Assembly (NCBI GenBank): GCA_043228905.1
Contig: JBHGNT010000011.1
Coordinates: forward strand, 13,578,001 to 13,642,000
DNA length: 64,000 nucleotides
From: Azolla caroliniana
Lineage: Eukaryota > Plantae > Polypodiophyta
Direction: 5' to 3'
Each line of letters starts with the position of its first letter. Position 1 is the first letter of the stretch. The translations under genes and the position numbers were made by a program. The notes under the pieces are model-generated. The model was not told where the DNA came from, did not search any database, and saw only the letters and a program-made list of their open reading frames with translations. This document shows positions 35,119 through 48,542 of this stretch, in pieces.

Positions 35119-38100
35119 TTACTCCGCGGATTCTCCGGCTTTGTCCTGTCCGGCGGGGAATAGGTTAGGTGGCGTAGGTCCCAGATAAGGTTTAAGGCAA
35201 AACCCATTCACTTTCTGTCGTAATACTTCCCCAGCCAGCATGCCCAATTGAAACGTGCCTTGTTCCGCTCCAACTATCCGGTACGGGCCCGTCCAGCGGA
35301 ATCGTAATTTTCTTGGCATATGCCCCATGTGGGTTTGGAAAACCAGTACCGCTCTACTGACCGCAAAATCCTTTTCCCATGCGTTCCGATGTCGATCCAC
35401 AAACGCTTTACGCCGTCGTTGTTCTTGCTCCAACACAACCATGTTGTGTACGCGTGTTTCGCCGAGTTCGAGTAGCTGGTGGAGCCTTACTTCCTCCGAC
35501 TTGGCTTCAGATAGTCAGTCCCGTACTTGAATCCGTAAACTGGGTATTTGAAACTCTACCGGCATAACAGCCTCCATCCCAAACGCTAGTCGAAACAGTG
35601 TTGACTATATGCTTGTTTTGTAGCTGGTCTTGTACGCCCATAACGCACTATGTAATTTGGTATCCCAGTCCGTTCTATTTTCATTGAAAATTTTCTTTAA
35701 TATGGTCTACAATGTCTCGTTGGTGGATTCCGCCAACCCATTCGCCTGTGGATAATATGGTGTACTCTTCTTGTAGACCACGGCGTAATGATGTGTTAGT
35801 TCATGAACCACCGTATTGAGAAAGTGGCTCCCCTGATCGTTGATAAGCTCAATCGGACAACCAAACCGACACCAGATGTGTTCATAAAGGAATCTCGCCG
35901 TGACAGCCGTCGTATTCTCTCGTAGTGCCTTTGCTTCTACCCACTTGGTGCAATAATCCGTGGCCACCAATATGTATTTATTGCCCATATGGGCCATCGC
36001 CGGTGTGAAGGGACCTACAAAATCCAATCCCCACTTTTGGAAGGGATCTAACGGCAATACGGGCTAGTGTGGCATTCTTGCGCCCTCCGTGGGCTAGCCC
36101 ATCCGTTGACACAAATCGCACTTTTTGCAATAATCGTACGCATCCTTCTGTGAAGTTGGCCACCATAGGCCTGCTTGCCATATTTTCCGGGCCGTAACAT
36201 CGCTCGCGTAATGTCCGCTTGTCGTGTCGTAGTGAGCCTCCCGTAAGACCGCTTCTTTCTCATCCTGACGTACACCGCGTCGCCAAATGCCATCACTGCC
36301 TTTGTGATATAAGATTCCTTCTACTAGGCAGAAGTTACGGCTCCGAACGGCTAATTGTTTCTTCTCGTCCGTGCGTAATTACGGTGGGGGCAGTCCCGTA
36401 GTCAAAAAGTAGGTCATTTCCATGAGCCACCGGTCTGGAAAGGTCTTTTCCGTTCTTTCTATTAGTGTTGCTACCCACAAAATGTCTGCATTCGGAAAGT
36501 TGTCGTCATCCTTCTGTGCCGTTTCTCCATCATCGAGTCTGCTCAAAAAATCCGCCACTGTGTGTTGCATACCCAAGCGGTGCTGAATTACAAAATCAAA
36601 TTCTTGAAGCAGCAACATCCATCTCGCCAATTTCCCCGTCAGCGCTTGTTTCTCCACCAAATACAACAGTGTCGAATGATCCACGTGAAACGTGAATTTC
36701 CGCCCTAACAAATAATGCCGGAATTTATTGATGTTATAGATCATCCCCAATGCCTCACGTTCTGTCGTGGAATAGTTACGCTCCGCCGTTGATAATTTTC
36801 GACTAGTGTAGTACACCGGCCGGTACCAATTCGGCTCTGTGAGCTGCATTAGCGCACTTCCTATTGCTATGTCTGAGGCATCTACGAACACGTGGAATGG
36901 CTTCGCCCAAATTGGTGGCTATACGACGGGTGTCTACGTGAGCATTACCTTTAGCGCATCATATGCCTTTTCTTCCATTGCTGTCCATTGGAAGAGAATC
37001 TGGTGCACGGCTGCATGCAACGGCGTGGCGAAGTCCGCCAAATATCGTATCATCTGACTGTGCCATCGTATTTGTCCTAAAAAACGATTGAGTGAGTTTG
37101 CGTTTGTCGGAGTTTTGGCTTGAGTAATCGCAGAGATTTTATTCAGATCGACCGCTATCCCTTCCTTGCTGACTATATGGCCCAGGAGAGCCCCGCTGGT
37201 AACGCCGAAGGCACATTTTGCGGAATTCAAGCTTAAGCGTGCGGTGCGGCAACATTCCAGGCACAGTTGCAAATGCGTAAAATGGTCAGTTGCTCTCCCA
37301 TATACCGCAAAATCGTCTAAAAAAACTTGCATGAAGGCCGGAATATATTCCCCAAAAATCTCCATGATTGTCCGTTGAAATGTCGCCGACGTCGTCTTTA
37401 GCCTGAACATCATGATGACTGCCACATAGACTCCCCAGTCCATGACAAATGTCATCTTCTCTTGGTCATCGGGGTGCATGCGTACTTGGTTGTAACCACT
37501 GAAGCCATCTAAAAAACTGTACATGTCATGCCCTGTGACGGCGTCCAGTATGCTATCAGTGAATGGTAAAGGGAATGTGTCTGTAATGGTTACGACATTT
37601 AATTTTCGGTAATCCACGCATACTCGTATTTTGCCATTTTTCTTTGGTACGACTACGATCGGGCTTAACCATGTAGCTTGTTTAACTAGCCGTATGAATC
37701 CCTCCTTCAAGAGTTTTTCAATTTCTTCTTTTACGCGGGCCACGTAATTTGGGTTCGTGCAGTAGCGACACTGCTAGACCGGTTTCGCGTCGATTGCTAA
37801 ATTAATCTTATGTTGATAGAACTTCGGATCTAACCCTTCATGTCCTCATGGGCCCAGGCGAACACATCTTTATACTTCTTGAGTAGTACAATCAACGCGT
37901 CTCTCTGGTCCGGCCTTAATTCTTTTGCGATGGAGAGGAAACGGGGTTCTGACACCATACCCACATTTACTTCTTCCAGGGCTGAGGCGGTGACTCGTCG
38001 TGAAATTTCCATTTCCCTCTCGAACGTTGCCCGTGCTCTACTTAGTTCTAATATGGACTCCGGGTTTGGTTCGTAAGCCTCATCGTCGAGTGTAGTGGTT

Positions 38101-40483
38101 GTGGCATATTCTGCCGCGGTTTCGATGACGTCGGTTTCGAACAGTGGAATAATCTGAGGGTGCTCGTCTAGGTATGCCTCTAATTCTGTATCATCCACCC
38201 TAGCTAGCATATGTATATCTTCCGCGTATAATGGTGTTATGCCCTTGGATTGAGTCGCCCTTTCCTCCGTTGGTACGCGGACCTTGGTGCGTCCACATCG
38301 AAAACTGATACACTTGTGTTGCCAGCTCTGCTTGATATTCGTTAAACGAAGCCACGATCTGCCCAGCAACACAGGGTACGCCCTTGGGGCGTCCAAGGCG
38401 AGGACTACCGTCGAGATGTTGAAGCGATGTCCACCCACGATAATGCCTACCTTGGGTATCAACCCCAATGGTCGTATTGAGCGGGTATCTGCCATGCGGA
38501 GCTAGAACGGGCAAGCCTCCCATTCTGAAATTCCTAATTGTTCACATGTTTTCGCGCTAATTACATTAACGATCGAGCCGCCATCGATTACGCATCCTAG
38601 GATTTCCTGACCATGTAATATCAACTTAATAGTTGGGTTGTGGTGATCCACTACTGACGGTCCGTAGCTAATGTCCGTGAAATTCGTGGCGATGCTTACC
38701 CCAGGTCTGCTCGTCACCCGCTCTTCCACGGCCTGGCGGAATCGTGGGACTAGTTGCAGCAGCTTCTCCATGGTTAACGTTATCTCGTAGCTTGCAAGTG
38801 CTTGCCAAATGGGGTCTGAGGATGGTCCATCCTCCAATAGCTCCACCATGTTTGCAGATTCCTTCCGCATGCGCTCCATATTTGTCGCGTTTTCTTTTTC
38901 AACCCATGCTTGGGTTGTTCGCCGTATCTCATCTTGCGCGGCCCAATTAGCCGTTTTTGTTTACTAACGTGTCGTGACTTGCTGCACTTCCGCCGTAATC
39001 GTATTGACGGTGGGCCCCTTGCCCTTGCGTATTGGGCATTGTGTGGCATAATGTCCGAGTTGTTGACAAACAAAACAATGGATGCTAGATTTGCCCTTCT
39101 CAGCCCGTGGTGGTGTGTGCCGATCCCCCGGTGCGACTTGCTCCTCCCGGTCCTGCTTCATTTGTCGGAGTGTACGCGGTGGTTGCTATTGGTCCCGGTG
39201 TGGTTCCTGGTGCCGGTCATCGTCCGAGCTTTCGTCATATCGTCGATGGTCCCGATATTGTCGATGCTTTCCACAAGGTCCATTAAAGCCTCCACGTTTG
39301 TTTGTCGGCCGGTAATTCTCATAGCGCCGACCCCCTTTAGTATATTTGGGGTGGCCACAATAGTCTTCATCCTCCGGCTCATCTTCCTCGGAATCGTTGT
39401 GATTCCGGCAATTCCAGTAGTGCCGGTCATCACATGGATTGCGATCCATATACTGTGGTCGGTCTTCCTACCTCCTTTGTTCATTACGGCGTGGGGGACG
39501 TTGTGTGTCCACGCTGTGTATTGTGGGCGTGGCTATGTTCAACATATTGTACTCGCACTACTCAACTCTGTGAGCTTTCGAGTGACAGATTGGACAATGG
39601 ATTCGCATGTTGCACTCCACTGCAGAATGCCCCGAATTCAAGCAAATTGTGCACTAGATCGCTTGACGAAAATGTCATTCCTCGTCCTGAGGTAACGTTT
39701 GTCGTAATGAGGACATGGAAAACCTTTCCTCATCTTTGTCCAGCTCGAGCTATAGCGCTCTTTCTATGACCATATCGGCCGTTTCCCCTTTCACGCTATT
39801 GTTGTTGAGCGTTGTCCGTATGGGTCGGCATAATGCCACCAGAAATGTCTCCCCAACCTCGTCCTCCGTCGGGCCCTATTCTAATTTTCGTCATAGATTT
39901 TGGAAACGTAAGTTGAAATCCGTGATCGTCTCGGTCGGCAGCTGCTTAATTGTGTAGAATTGCCCAAGGATTTCGTGTTGTGGCACCCTCCGATGAAAGA
40001 ACCGCAAAAAGGTAGACTACAACTGGTCGAAGGTCATGATTGATGGCAGATCCATTTGCGAATGCCAAAACGCCGCTCTCCCATCCAATGTTAACCCGAA
40101 CCCCATCATTTTGGATTGGTGCGCTATTGCCTCAGAAAGGCTCTGCGCCATGTGGTTTGCATTCTAGACATTGAGGAACATGTGAATGTGGGTTGCGGCG
40201 TCGGTTTCGCCGTTAAAGCGGGGATAGGCAAAGGCCATGTTAGGTGCTACGACGGGCAAGGAAAGACCACAATGTTGTTGTGGTGAGCACGCTTCCCGCG
40301 TATCGCCGAGGTATTTGGAGAGCGGGAAATCACCTTTGTGGTCCCGACAGGTAGTACTGAGGTCGCTGAGGCGAGGCTTTTGTCATGCACGTTCCTCTGC
40401 CTAGCGTGTGATGGACCTTGTGATTGGCCGGTTTGGTCGTGTTGGTTCTCTGGGGCGTCTGCGGCTAAATATCCATTCGTCAT
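35119..40483 (-). pseudogene. gag-pol of element E
   Basis: CFVCQQLGHYATQC (39161-38964), VIDGGSIVN (38879-38502), RT (37743-36934), RH FVDASD (36891-36379), INT WGLDFVGP / YPQANGLAE (36057-35707). Many in-frame stops. Confidence 0.92.
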
Positions 40484-42886
40484 TGTTCGTTTGTGAGAAG
40501 ACACAAATTACCAAGCGTGCCAAAAGTGTTGCCGATTAGGAACACGGTCTATGGTCAATCCTTCGACCTAGACCTCCAAGTGATTGTGTGACAATGAATG
40601 GTAGCGTCTGTGCGTAATACTTAGTTGGATACTTCCCGTAACCTAGCAGCGTATAAGGGAGACAGCTACAACCGAGCTCCTTAAACAGTGAGCTAGCGCA
40701 CACACCGTTACTCACTCCTACGCTCTTTAAGAATTACAAACACACAGTAGATTAACCACAACTACACACAGATATCAGAGAAGATAGAACTCTATTACGA
40801 TACGCCTTTTACATTCCAAAATTACACGCTAGCTCTATCAGAGGTATTTTGCCCTTTATATACCCAGGCAGGGTCTTTTAGCCGTTCACGCTTCCCGCGT
40901 GAACCGTTACATGCGTTACAATATTATTCTATTCCATATTACTGCGCTCTTGCCCGTCGATTACTATTCCGGCAGACAACAGCAAACTACAAATCGACCA
41001 GCGATTGTCAAGATGGTAATAGACCATATTCAAAATATACACAGAAGAACATCACCTCCCTTTTGTGGTATTGAGATTTATTGGCCAGGCCATTGAGATG
41101 TTGTAACAATTGGATGCAATCATCCACATGGAAATATAAAGGTATTTGATTCAAGAATAGATATAAAATATGGCAAAGGTTGTATAGTCAACCTCATAAA
41201 GTAGGAGATAAGATACTAGACTTTCTACATGTTGATCAATTAAAGAGATAAATAAAATTTGAAGAAGGAAGCGCAATCTCACTCCATCACCACCCCCATA
41301 AAAGCAAGGAGAGAAGAGGTGTTGCTCTCTATTGCATTTCATGTTTACTTAATATGAGCATGAATATTTATATGTCACCTTTGTATCCCCCTTTAATATG
41401 TAGTGTTTACTAGAGTAAACTTGAGGTTAAAGTGCTATTGCCAAGCTATTTAAGTTTGTTAGTTAATTACAGAAAGTCATCCACTATGTGGGTGTCCGAG
41501 CCCATTTCAAAGTGTAGGAACAAAGAAGCCAACCTCTTATTGTTGAATTGACGTTTGAGTATACAAACAACAGCCATTGGGAACCCTTACAATACTACCT
41601 AAGAGGCCAGGTTCCTTAGACAAAAGGACAAACTGTTCCTTGTGTTTGGCCTCTAATGGCTAGCTTGCCATAACCGTCTAATCAACTATCCTTGTGGCTC
41701 TCGCATAAGTTGAGTGATAAGGAGTGGAAGACACCATTGTATGACCATGACCAACCCTTGACAATCGCAATGGCTCATTCCTTATCACCCACCTCAACTA
41801 CCACCTCTAGTCACATTGGTTGAGGCAAGCAACTTAAAGTCAACTTTGATTCCCTACCACTGTTGATAAGCTATGACTACCAAAAGGAGGGCCATAGTTG
41901 TAAGCCTATGGGCAGATAACTTCAACTTGTAGTCTTTAGACGTTTTTAATACTATTGAAGAAAATCTTTCAAGGAAAAAAAAAGGAGGGCCACATCAATG
42001 TTTCCTACCTAGATTGACCTTCAGATTATAAAGACAAAGAATTGGCTCAACATTTTATCAATGCTTGTATCATATATGTCCTCTAGGTCACAAATCAATA
42101 GAAATATACAACCAAAAAGACTAGATGGAGCAATATACGGTCCGCCATCAAGCACAACACTATGTCCAAGAAGCAAAAATCAATAACATCAAATATACTG
42201 TCATAGGAAAACACGTTTCAAGACACTTCTAGGGTGTGGGAGTGCAACATCACCCACCATGGGGCATTGGCCCCACAAAGGCAATTTCAATCAACCTCAC
42301 ATAGCTAAAATAAGTTGTTAACACAATTGAGTTGTCCTTGGCTTATTGCCCCTTATTGTCCATTTCAATTCAATGACACACTCAAGCCCTACCAATGCAA
42401 TTAAGATGTGGCTTGTGACTCTACATGAATCTAGACTATCCACAACAAGATGGGCAACACTTTGCCACTAACCAATCCTTGGTGATGGAGCACATCCGTC
42501 AACATATGGTTCTCTTTATAAACCAAACTACCAACCAATGAATCATGGACGAGTAGTTGTGAAGTTATCATTCTTCAGATAGCTATGACGTCCTCGATAT
42601 TGTGATCGATGGACCCTCTCATATCAATGTCAGAAGAGAATTGATGTGCTAATGCCTTGGTCTAACTAGATGGGTAAAGTGTCTTTTTTTTTTTACTAGA
42701 GTGGTGGACATGAGCTCAATACAAACACTTCACCTAATTAAGGACCTTTGGATCCATGTTGATGGTTACCCATTCCAAATGTCCACATTCATGTAGCACT
42801 TGGCTCTCTCCCACCCACCGACACCCGTGAGTTCGTGTTTTGGGTCGGGGTTGGTTGGGCAAGCCAGGCAATCCAGTCCATGTCAC

Positions 42887-42934
42887 AAAGAAGAAGAAGC
42901 AGAAGAAGAAGAAGAAGAAGAAGAAGAAGAAGAA
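42887..42934 (+). repeat. (GAA)n microsatellite
   Basis: About 16 GAA units with one GCA interruption. Confidence 0.9.
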
Positions 42935-43027
42935 GCCCCCCGTCACAGTCACAGTCACAGTCTCCAATCCAACCAACGAACAAGTAAAGACTTACTGAAA
43001 AACCCCACAGACACATAGACACAAATT

Positions 43028-43293
43028 CATAATACTTAACTTAATTACAATTTATAAGTTATAACTCTTCCACATAGACATAATACTTAACTTAATTATA
43101 AGTTATAACTCTTCCATAGAGACATAATACTTAACTTAATTATAAGTTATAACTCTTCCACTGATACATAATACTTAACTTAATTATAAGTTATAACTCT
43201 TCCACTGATACATAATACTTAACTTAATTATAAGTTATAACTCTTCCACTGATACATAATACTTAACTTAATTATAAGTTATAACTCTTCCAC
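43028..43293 (+). repeat. 44-bp AT-rich minisatellite, ~6 copies, just upstream of the ASCC1-like ATG
   Basis: Unit CATAATACTTAACTTAATTATAAGTTATAACTCTTCCACTGATA. The first copy has a small insertion. Followed by a (GA)~21 run at 43302-43344. Confidence 0.95.
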
Positions 43294-43297
43294 AGAG

Positions 43298-43347
<50 letters not shown>

Positions 43348-43349
43348 CC

Positions 43350-46300
43350 ATGGCCATGGCAGAGCGCGTATTGACGAGCTTAAGACGTACCAGGTAAGGT
43401 TCCTCTCCTCCTTGCATTCTAGCTATGGCTTTTCTTTCCTTCCTCTGACCTCCGCAACAATTAATTCATCGAATTCTTCTTTCTTCTCCCCGTCTTCATC
43501 GTCGTCGTCATCATTAATGTCTTCTTTCTTCACAGGTTTCTGCGAACCCTAGCTCCTCCTGATCAGGTTTCTTCCTTTCCCCCCCTTTGCTCCTAGTAGA
43601 CCGATTTTTCTGTAAGGCTGAGCTCAAGATTTGTGCCAGCCCCAAAGGAAAGTTTTGCAGGATCTGAAGATTCCATTGAAGCTACAAGGTGGGATCAACT
43701 TCAGAAAGCTCCTCTCTCATTCTCTTTCTTCTTCCAGTGCTTCCACCAATGAAGAAGGTAAAAAATTCCATCATTTCTAATTCTGTCGCTCCCTTCAAAT
43801 GCTGCACTGTCGTTTCTTCTAATAATTATTTATCTTTTTTCAGGTAAGCAAGGTGAACAAATCACGTCTAGCTCCATTTCCTCTACTGCCACCATTGATG
43901 AAGAAGCTATATTCATGATTATGTTTTTTCTTTCACAGTTATTTCCTCTAACATCTGTGCTACTATTTTTTTTTTCTAATTTCAACTATTCTTCTTTATT
44001 CTTGCAGGTAAACAAGGTGAACAAATTGCCTCTTCTGAAAACAAGGATTTGGAAGATTCTTCATTGGGAATCGGTAAAGCTTCTTCCATAAGCGAAGCTT
44101 CTGAGGATGCATCCACCAGAAATGAAGCAGAACCTGTTTCAAACAACACTGTAGAATTCGAAGCTTCCATTAAGGTGCATTTTCAAGGATGGATTTTGTC
44201 TTCCGTGCAATGCTAAATTATATGCTTGGATCTATTGAATACAAACTTCTATCGAGGTGTTAAGTGAGATGATGTGGTATGTGGATTTCAAAGCTTACAT
44301 TAGGATGCATTTTTGTCCATGAAATGTGGAATTTGAAGGTTCCATTGAGATGCATTTTCATCCATGAAATTTTGCCCTGTGTGTGATGGTAAGTTACATG
44401 ATGTGGTCTATGGAACCTGAACGTTCCTTATGATACTAAGATAAATGTTTCAGCTTCCATTAAGGTGCATTTTGTATATGAAATTTGAAGATTTATCAAG
44501 GCACATTTTCCTCGACATGTTTTTTCTTCTACATAATGGTGAAGCATATTTTTTTGGCTTCCCTTAAGGTGCAGTTTGTCCACAAAATATGATATGAAAC
44601 TTTCATTAAGGTGTATTTTTATCCACTGATTTTGTATTCTATGCAATGTCAAGGTCTATGTTTTGGCTTTAGTTAATGTTCATTTTGGCTTCTATTAAGG
44701 GTCATTTTCATATGTAAATTTTTTGCCTTATATATTGTTTAGGCTGTGTTTCAGCTCAACTTGCACATACAAACCTACATCTGAGAAATATATAGCAATG
44801 CATGGCATATGATTCTATGCATGAATTTAGATGAATACATCTGATGTAAAGCTCCAAAGGATTCAATTGAAAGAGAAGTTTAGAGAATTCATATCCCAAA
44901 AACGAGTTGCAAGTTTGGATCTTGATTGTGGCCTCATCCTTGATTTTGTCCATTTAACCATTATTGAAAAGCCACCATATACAGTGCAGTTTTGGCTTAG
45001 CTATGATTTCTGTCAACCTACACTCATATCTAGTGCTCATGTTGATGGCTTAGAAAATGATTGCAATGCGTGGGAAATGAATGTGTGCTTGCTCTATGCA
45101 ACTGCATACCTCACCCAGCAGCCAAGAAGGTGCTGGTAACCCTGCCCCAACTTCCACCCCTCCTCCCCTCTTCTCTGCCATCTTATCCATGTAATCCTCT
45201 ATCTGAGCTTGAGATGTACCCTTATCACAAGTTTTGTGAAGGCAGCAGTGCTGAATCGTGCTTGCTCCATTGAAGTGCACCCCTCAACGAGTAGCCAAGA
45301 AAGTACCAGCAGCTGTGCCTCAACTTCCAACCCCTTCTCCTGCCAGCTTATCGATGTAATCCTCCATCCGAGTCTGAGATGTCGTATCATTATCACAAGT
45401 TTTGTGAAGGCACAGTGCCGATGAATGCTTGCTCTGTAGAACTGCATAACTCACCCAGCAGCTAAGAAAGTACCAGTAGCCCTGCCCTGACTTCTATCCG
45501 CTCCTCCCTGTCATGTTATCCATGTAATCCTCTATCTGAGTTTGAGATGTTGTACGCTTATCACAAGTTTTGTGAAGGCACCAATGCTGGTGCATTCTTA
45601 CTCCGTAGAACTGCACACCTCACCCAGCCTCCAAAATAGTACCAGTAACCCTGCCCTAACTTCCACCCTCTCCTCCTGCTATCAAATCCATATAAACTTC
45701 TATCCAAGCTTGAGATATCATACCATTATCACAAGTTTTGTGGAGGCACCAGTGCTAATGAGCAAGTGGCTACTTTCCTTTCCATATGGAACATCAACCA
45801 GCTTGCTGAATCCTGCTGATACTGATTTCTCAAAGCGAATGGAGTTGGGGATCTCCTTGGACAGCCATGCCGTTCCGCCGCATGTTTGATCAGAAAATCT
45901 CCATTAAAAGTGTATAGTGATTTTTAACAGCCTGTCAACTTCTCCACAAATCCCTTCTGCAGTTCCTCATTTACTTCGAGTAATTGCTCTGTGACCTTCC
46001 AAAATGATTGGGAGAAGCTGATCTAAAGGCCGTCCTGAAGTCAACTATCAGGAAACCCTGGCACGCTCATGTTAGCATGATGGACATCACCAACTGTACC
46101 TTTGACATCATAATAGAGTGAATTCTGGAACTCAATCACAGTCAACAGCTCAGCTCTTTGCCATGCATGTCCTTGCCCAAAGCTTGTGACTGCTGAGGAC
46201 CTACGGTTTTGTCAGAGAGTTCAATGCACCATATGCCTGTGTGTTAGCCAATCATCTATGAACTGCCTCACTGGTTCTAGTACGTGATCTGCAACTCTAC

Positions 46301-48491
46301 CTGGCACGTAATCCCCCATTGTGAATATAACATGCTGGCCGACACAAGGGTTGGCATACATCACATCAAGGCGGACCCTTTGCCACATTGTGCAACCGCA
46401 TTTTTGGAGGATTTGTGCCAAAGACGTTCATGAAAAATCATGAAACCATACGATAAAAAAGCACACATTTTGGTAATTATAGCAATAAATGGGACATGAA
46501 TGAATATATGTTTGAATATTGAGTTCATTCACTAGTATGATGGCTCATGAGACCATGTTTATGTCACAATACACATGTGGTTAATCTTTAGAGTTTCGTG
46601 TGGGAAGGCTCTTTACTGCTTGAATGCAATTAGGTGTGGGCAACTAAGAAAGCCTACCATCTTTATTGCATGATATGAGGATGTGCTTCCTTAGCTTTAT
46701 GTGACTTGGCACAATCCTTGTTTTCATGCACAAATGCTTGAAATTCCACTTACTGTTGGTTTTTCAATATCTTGATGCCATTTTAATCACAAAGTTTAAT
46801 GATATTACAGGTTTCTGCTCCCCTTTTAGGACTGGTGATAGGAAGACGGTAAGTTCTTGCCAATACTGTTGGAAGTTAGCATATAAAGCACAGAACCACA
46901 ATATATGAGATTTTTCTTGTAGAGGTGCAACATTAAACAGCATTCAGAAAGCTACAAAAGCTCGTATCAAAATCCCTCCTGGAAGAGAAGTTAGGAGCGG
47001 TGTTTCCTTAGGTAATACATGATTTTTTAGCATTGATTTCTGTGTCTGTAAATGGGTGGGGTTGGCTTATTTATACTGTTAGAAATTAGAATGAAAATGA
47101 AATGCTTATTCATCCTAAAGGATATACATTAAGAAAAGGAGGATGCACAATAGACCTGAAGAAACTCATAGATGCAACTTTCATTTGAGAATAAAAGCTT
47201 CTTAATCACGCATTTTCATAAAATCCTACAAAGTTATAAGAGCTTAATATACATTCTCTCTTGAAGGAAATAGTTTGAAGTCATCTAGCAAATTAACATT
47301 GAATATTTCTGTGCCTCCAAGTTTTGAGGAAGTGCTCAATACACAAAATTATAAGAGCTTAATATTCATCTCTACTAGAAGAAAACAGTGTGAAGTCATG
47401 AAGCAAATCAGTACTAAATATTGCAAGTTAACACCGAATATTTCTATGCCTCAACGTCCGAGGCAGTTTTCTACACAGAATTATAAGAGTTTAATATACG
47501 TCTGCTCTAGAAGAAAACAGTCATCAAACGAATTAGTTCTAAATATTTTTATGCCTTAACTTTTGAGATAGTTCTCGATATCCTTTGGAATTTGGAACAA
47601 AAGCCATTCTCGTTTTTATCTTTTCTTCTTGGAGCATATATTTGTGGTGTGATCCATGAATATTAGTCATGCATCAATAATGTGATTCTCTAATTCCCTC
47701 AGTAATATAAGGTTTCAAGATTATGTGAAAAATTAGTTCACATTCTTTTTTCTTATTATCAAATACTTTTATTATGAAGTTTATCTGTAGTCATACTCTT
47801 TCTTGAATGTACATTGTGGCTTTGTTGCAGATGTCAAGGGACCATCACAAGAGGCAGTGGATGCAGCGGTTACACGCATAAAGAATATATTGCAGAGAGT
47901 GTGTTTTCTTGATTTCTTTCTCTGTGGTATTTTTGCAAGGTTTCCAATGATGCACTCTTTTTGTTCATTCATTAGTATTTGGTACCTATTGAGCAGGTTC
48001 TAGGTTGTTCCTCACTTGCTGAAGTAGTAATGGAAATTTAAAATATTGTTTCTTGTATATACCATATCTTAATACAAGTTTTGACCTATTCTTGATCTAT
48101 CTTGCACCTTGATGACACGAGTAGGGACGTCATAGTGATGAAGTCTCTAGTCCATGCTATGCATGAATTATTTGATGTGATATGGACTTCTTCAATTTGC
48201 ACTTACCCCATCTTACATCTTTTGACATTTTCACTATTAGTTTAAGATTGATTTTTACTATTTTAGTTTTGTGACCTGCACTCTTGAATACATTGAAAAC
48301 TAGGGATATATTATCTAGCAATTGTTTCTTCACATTTTTTCTTATTTCTGTTTGTTTTTCTTTCTTAAATCTCTTTTCTAGGTAGTGCATGTGGAGTCAC
48401 TTATCAAGTCGGCACTCACCATGTCAAAATGTCTCATCAGTAGTTCGGAAGTTATTATCATTTTTTGGTTTTAATCACTCTTTAGCTTGCT

Positions 48492-48542
<51 letters not shown>

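Larger units (their letters stand above)
31824..40981 (-). mobile_element. Element E: non-chromovirus Ty3/gypsy related to element B; 455-bp LTRs 40527-40981 (5') and 31824-32278 (3'); TSD GCAAA
   Basis: GCAAA at 31819-31823 and 40982-40986. Minus-strand PBS TGGCACGCTTGG at 40511-40522. gag-PR-RT-RH-INT-extra ORF order. No PPT. Confidence 0.95.

Noticed and set aside
41560-42650. Highly decayed retroelement gag/protease-like sequence (similar hints at 30952-31820 and 5780-6180)
   Set aside because: No confident motif, boundary or TSD by eye.
42734-43022. Poly-Glu / poly-Phe / poly-Leu ORFs
   Set aside because: Translations of the (GAA)n microsatellite.
43028-43293. CRISPR-like array
   Set aside because: The units are head-to-tail with no unique spacers, there are no cas genes, and the context is eukaryotic.
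45800-46421. Minus-strand coding-like fragment (possible PPR E-domain or retrocopy) in an intron
   Set aside because: Only a vague resemblance with several stops; needs BLASTx.
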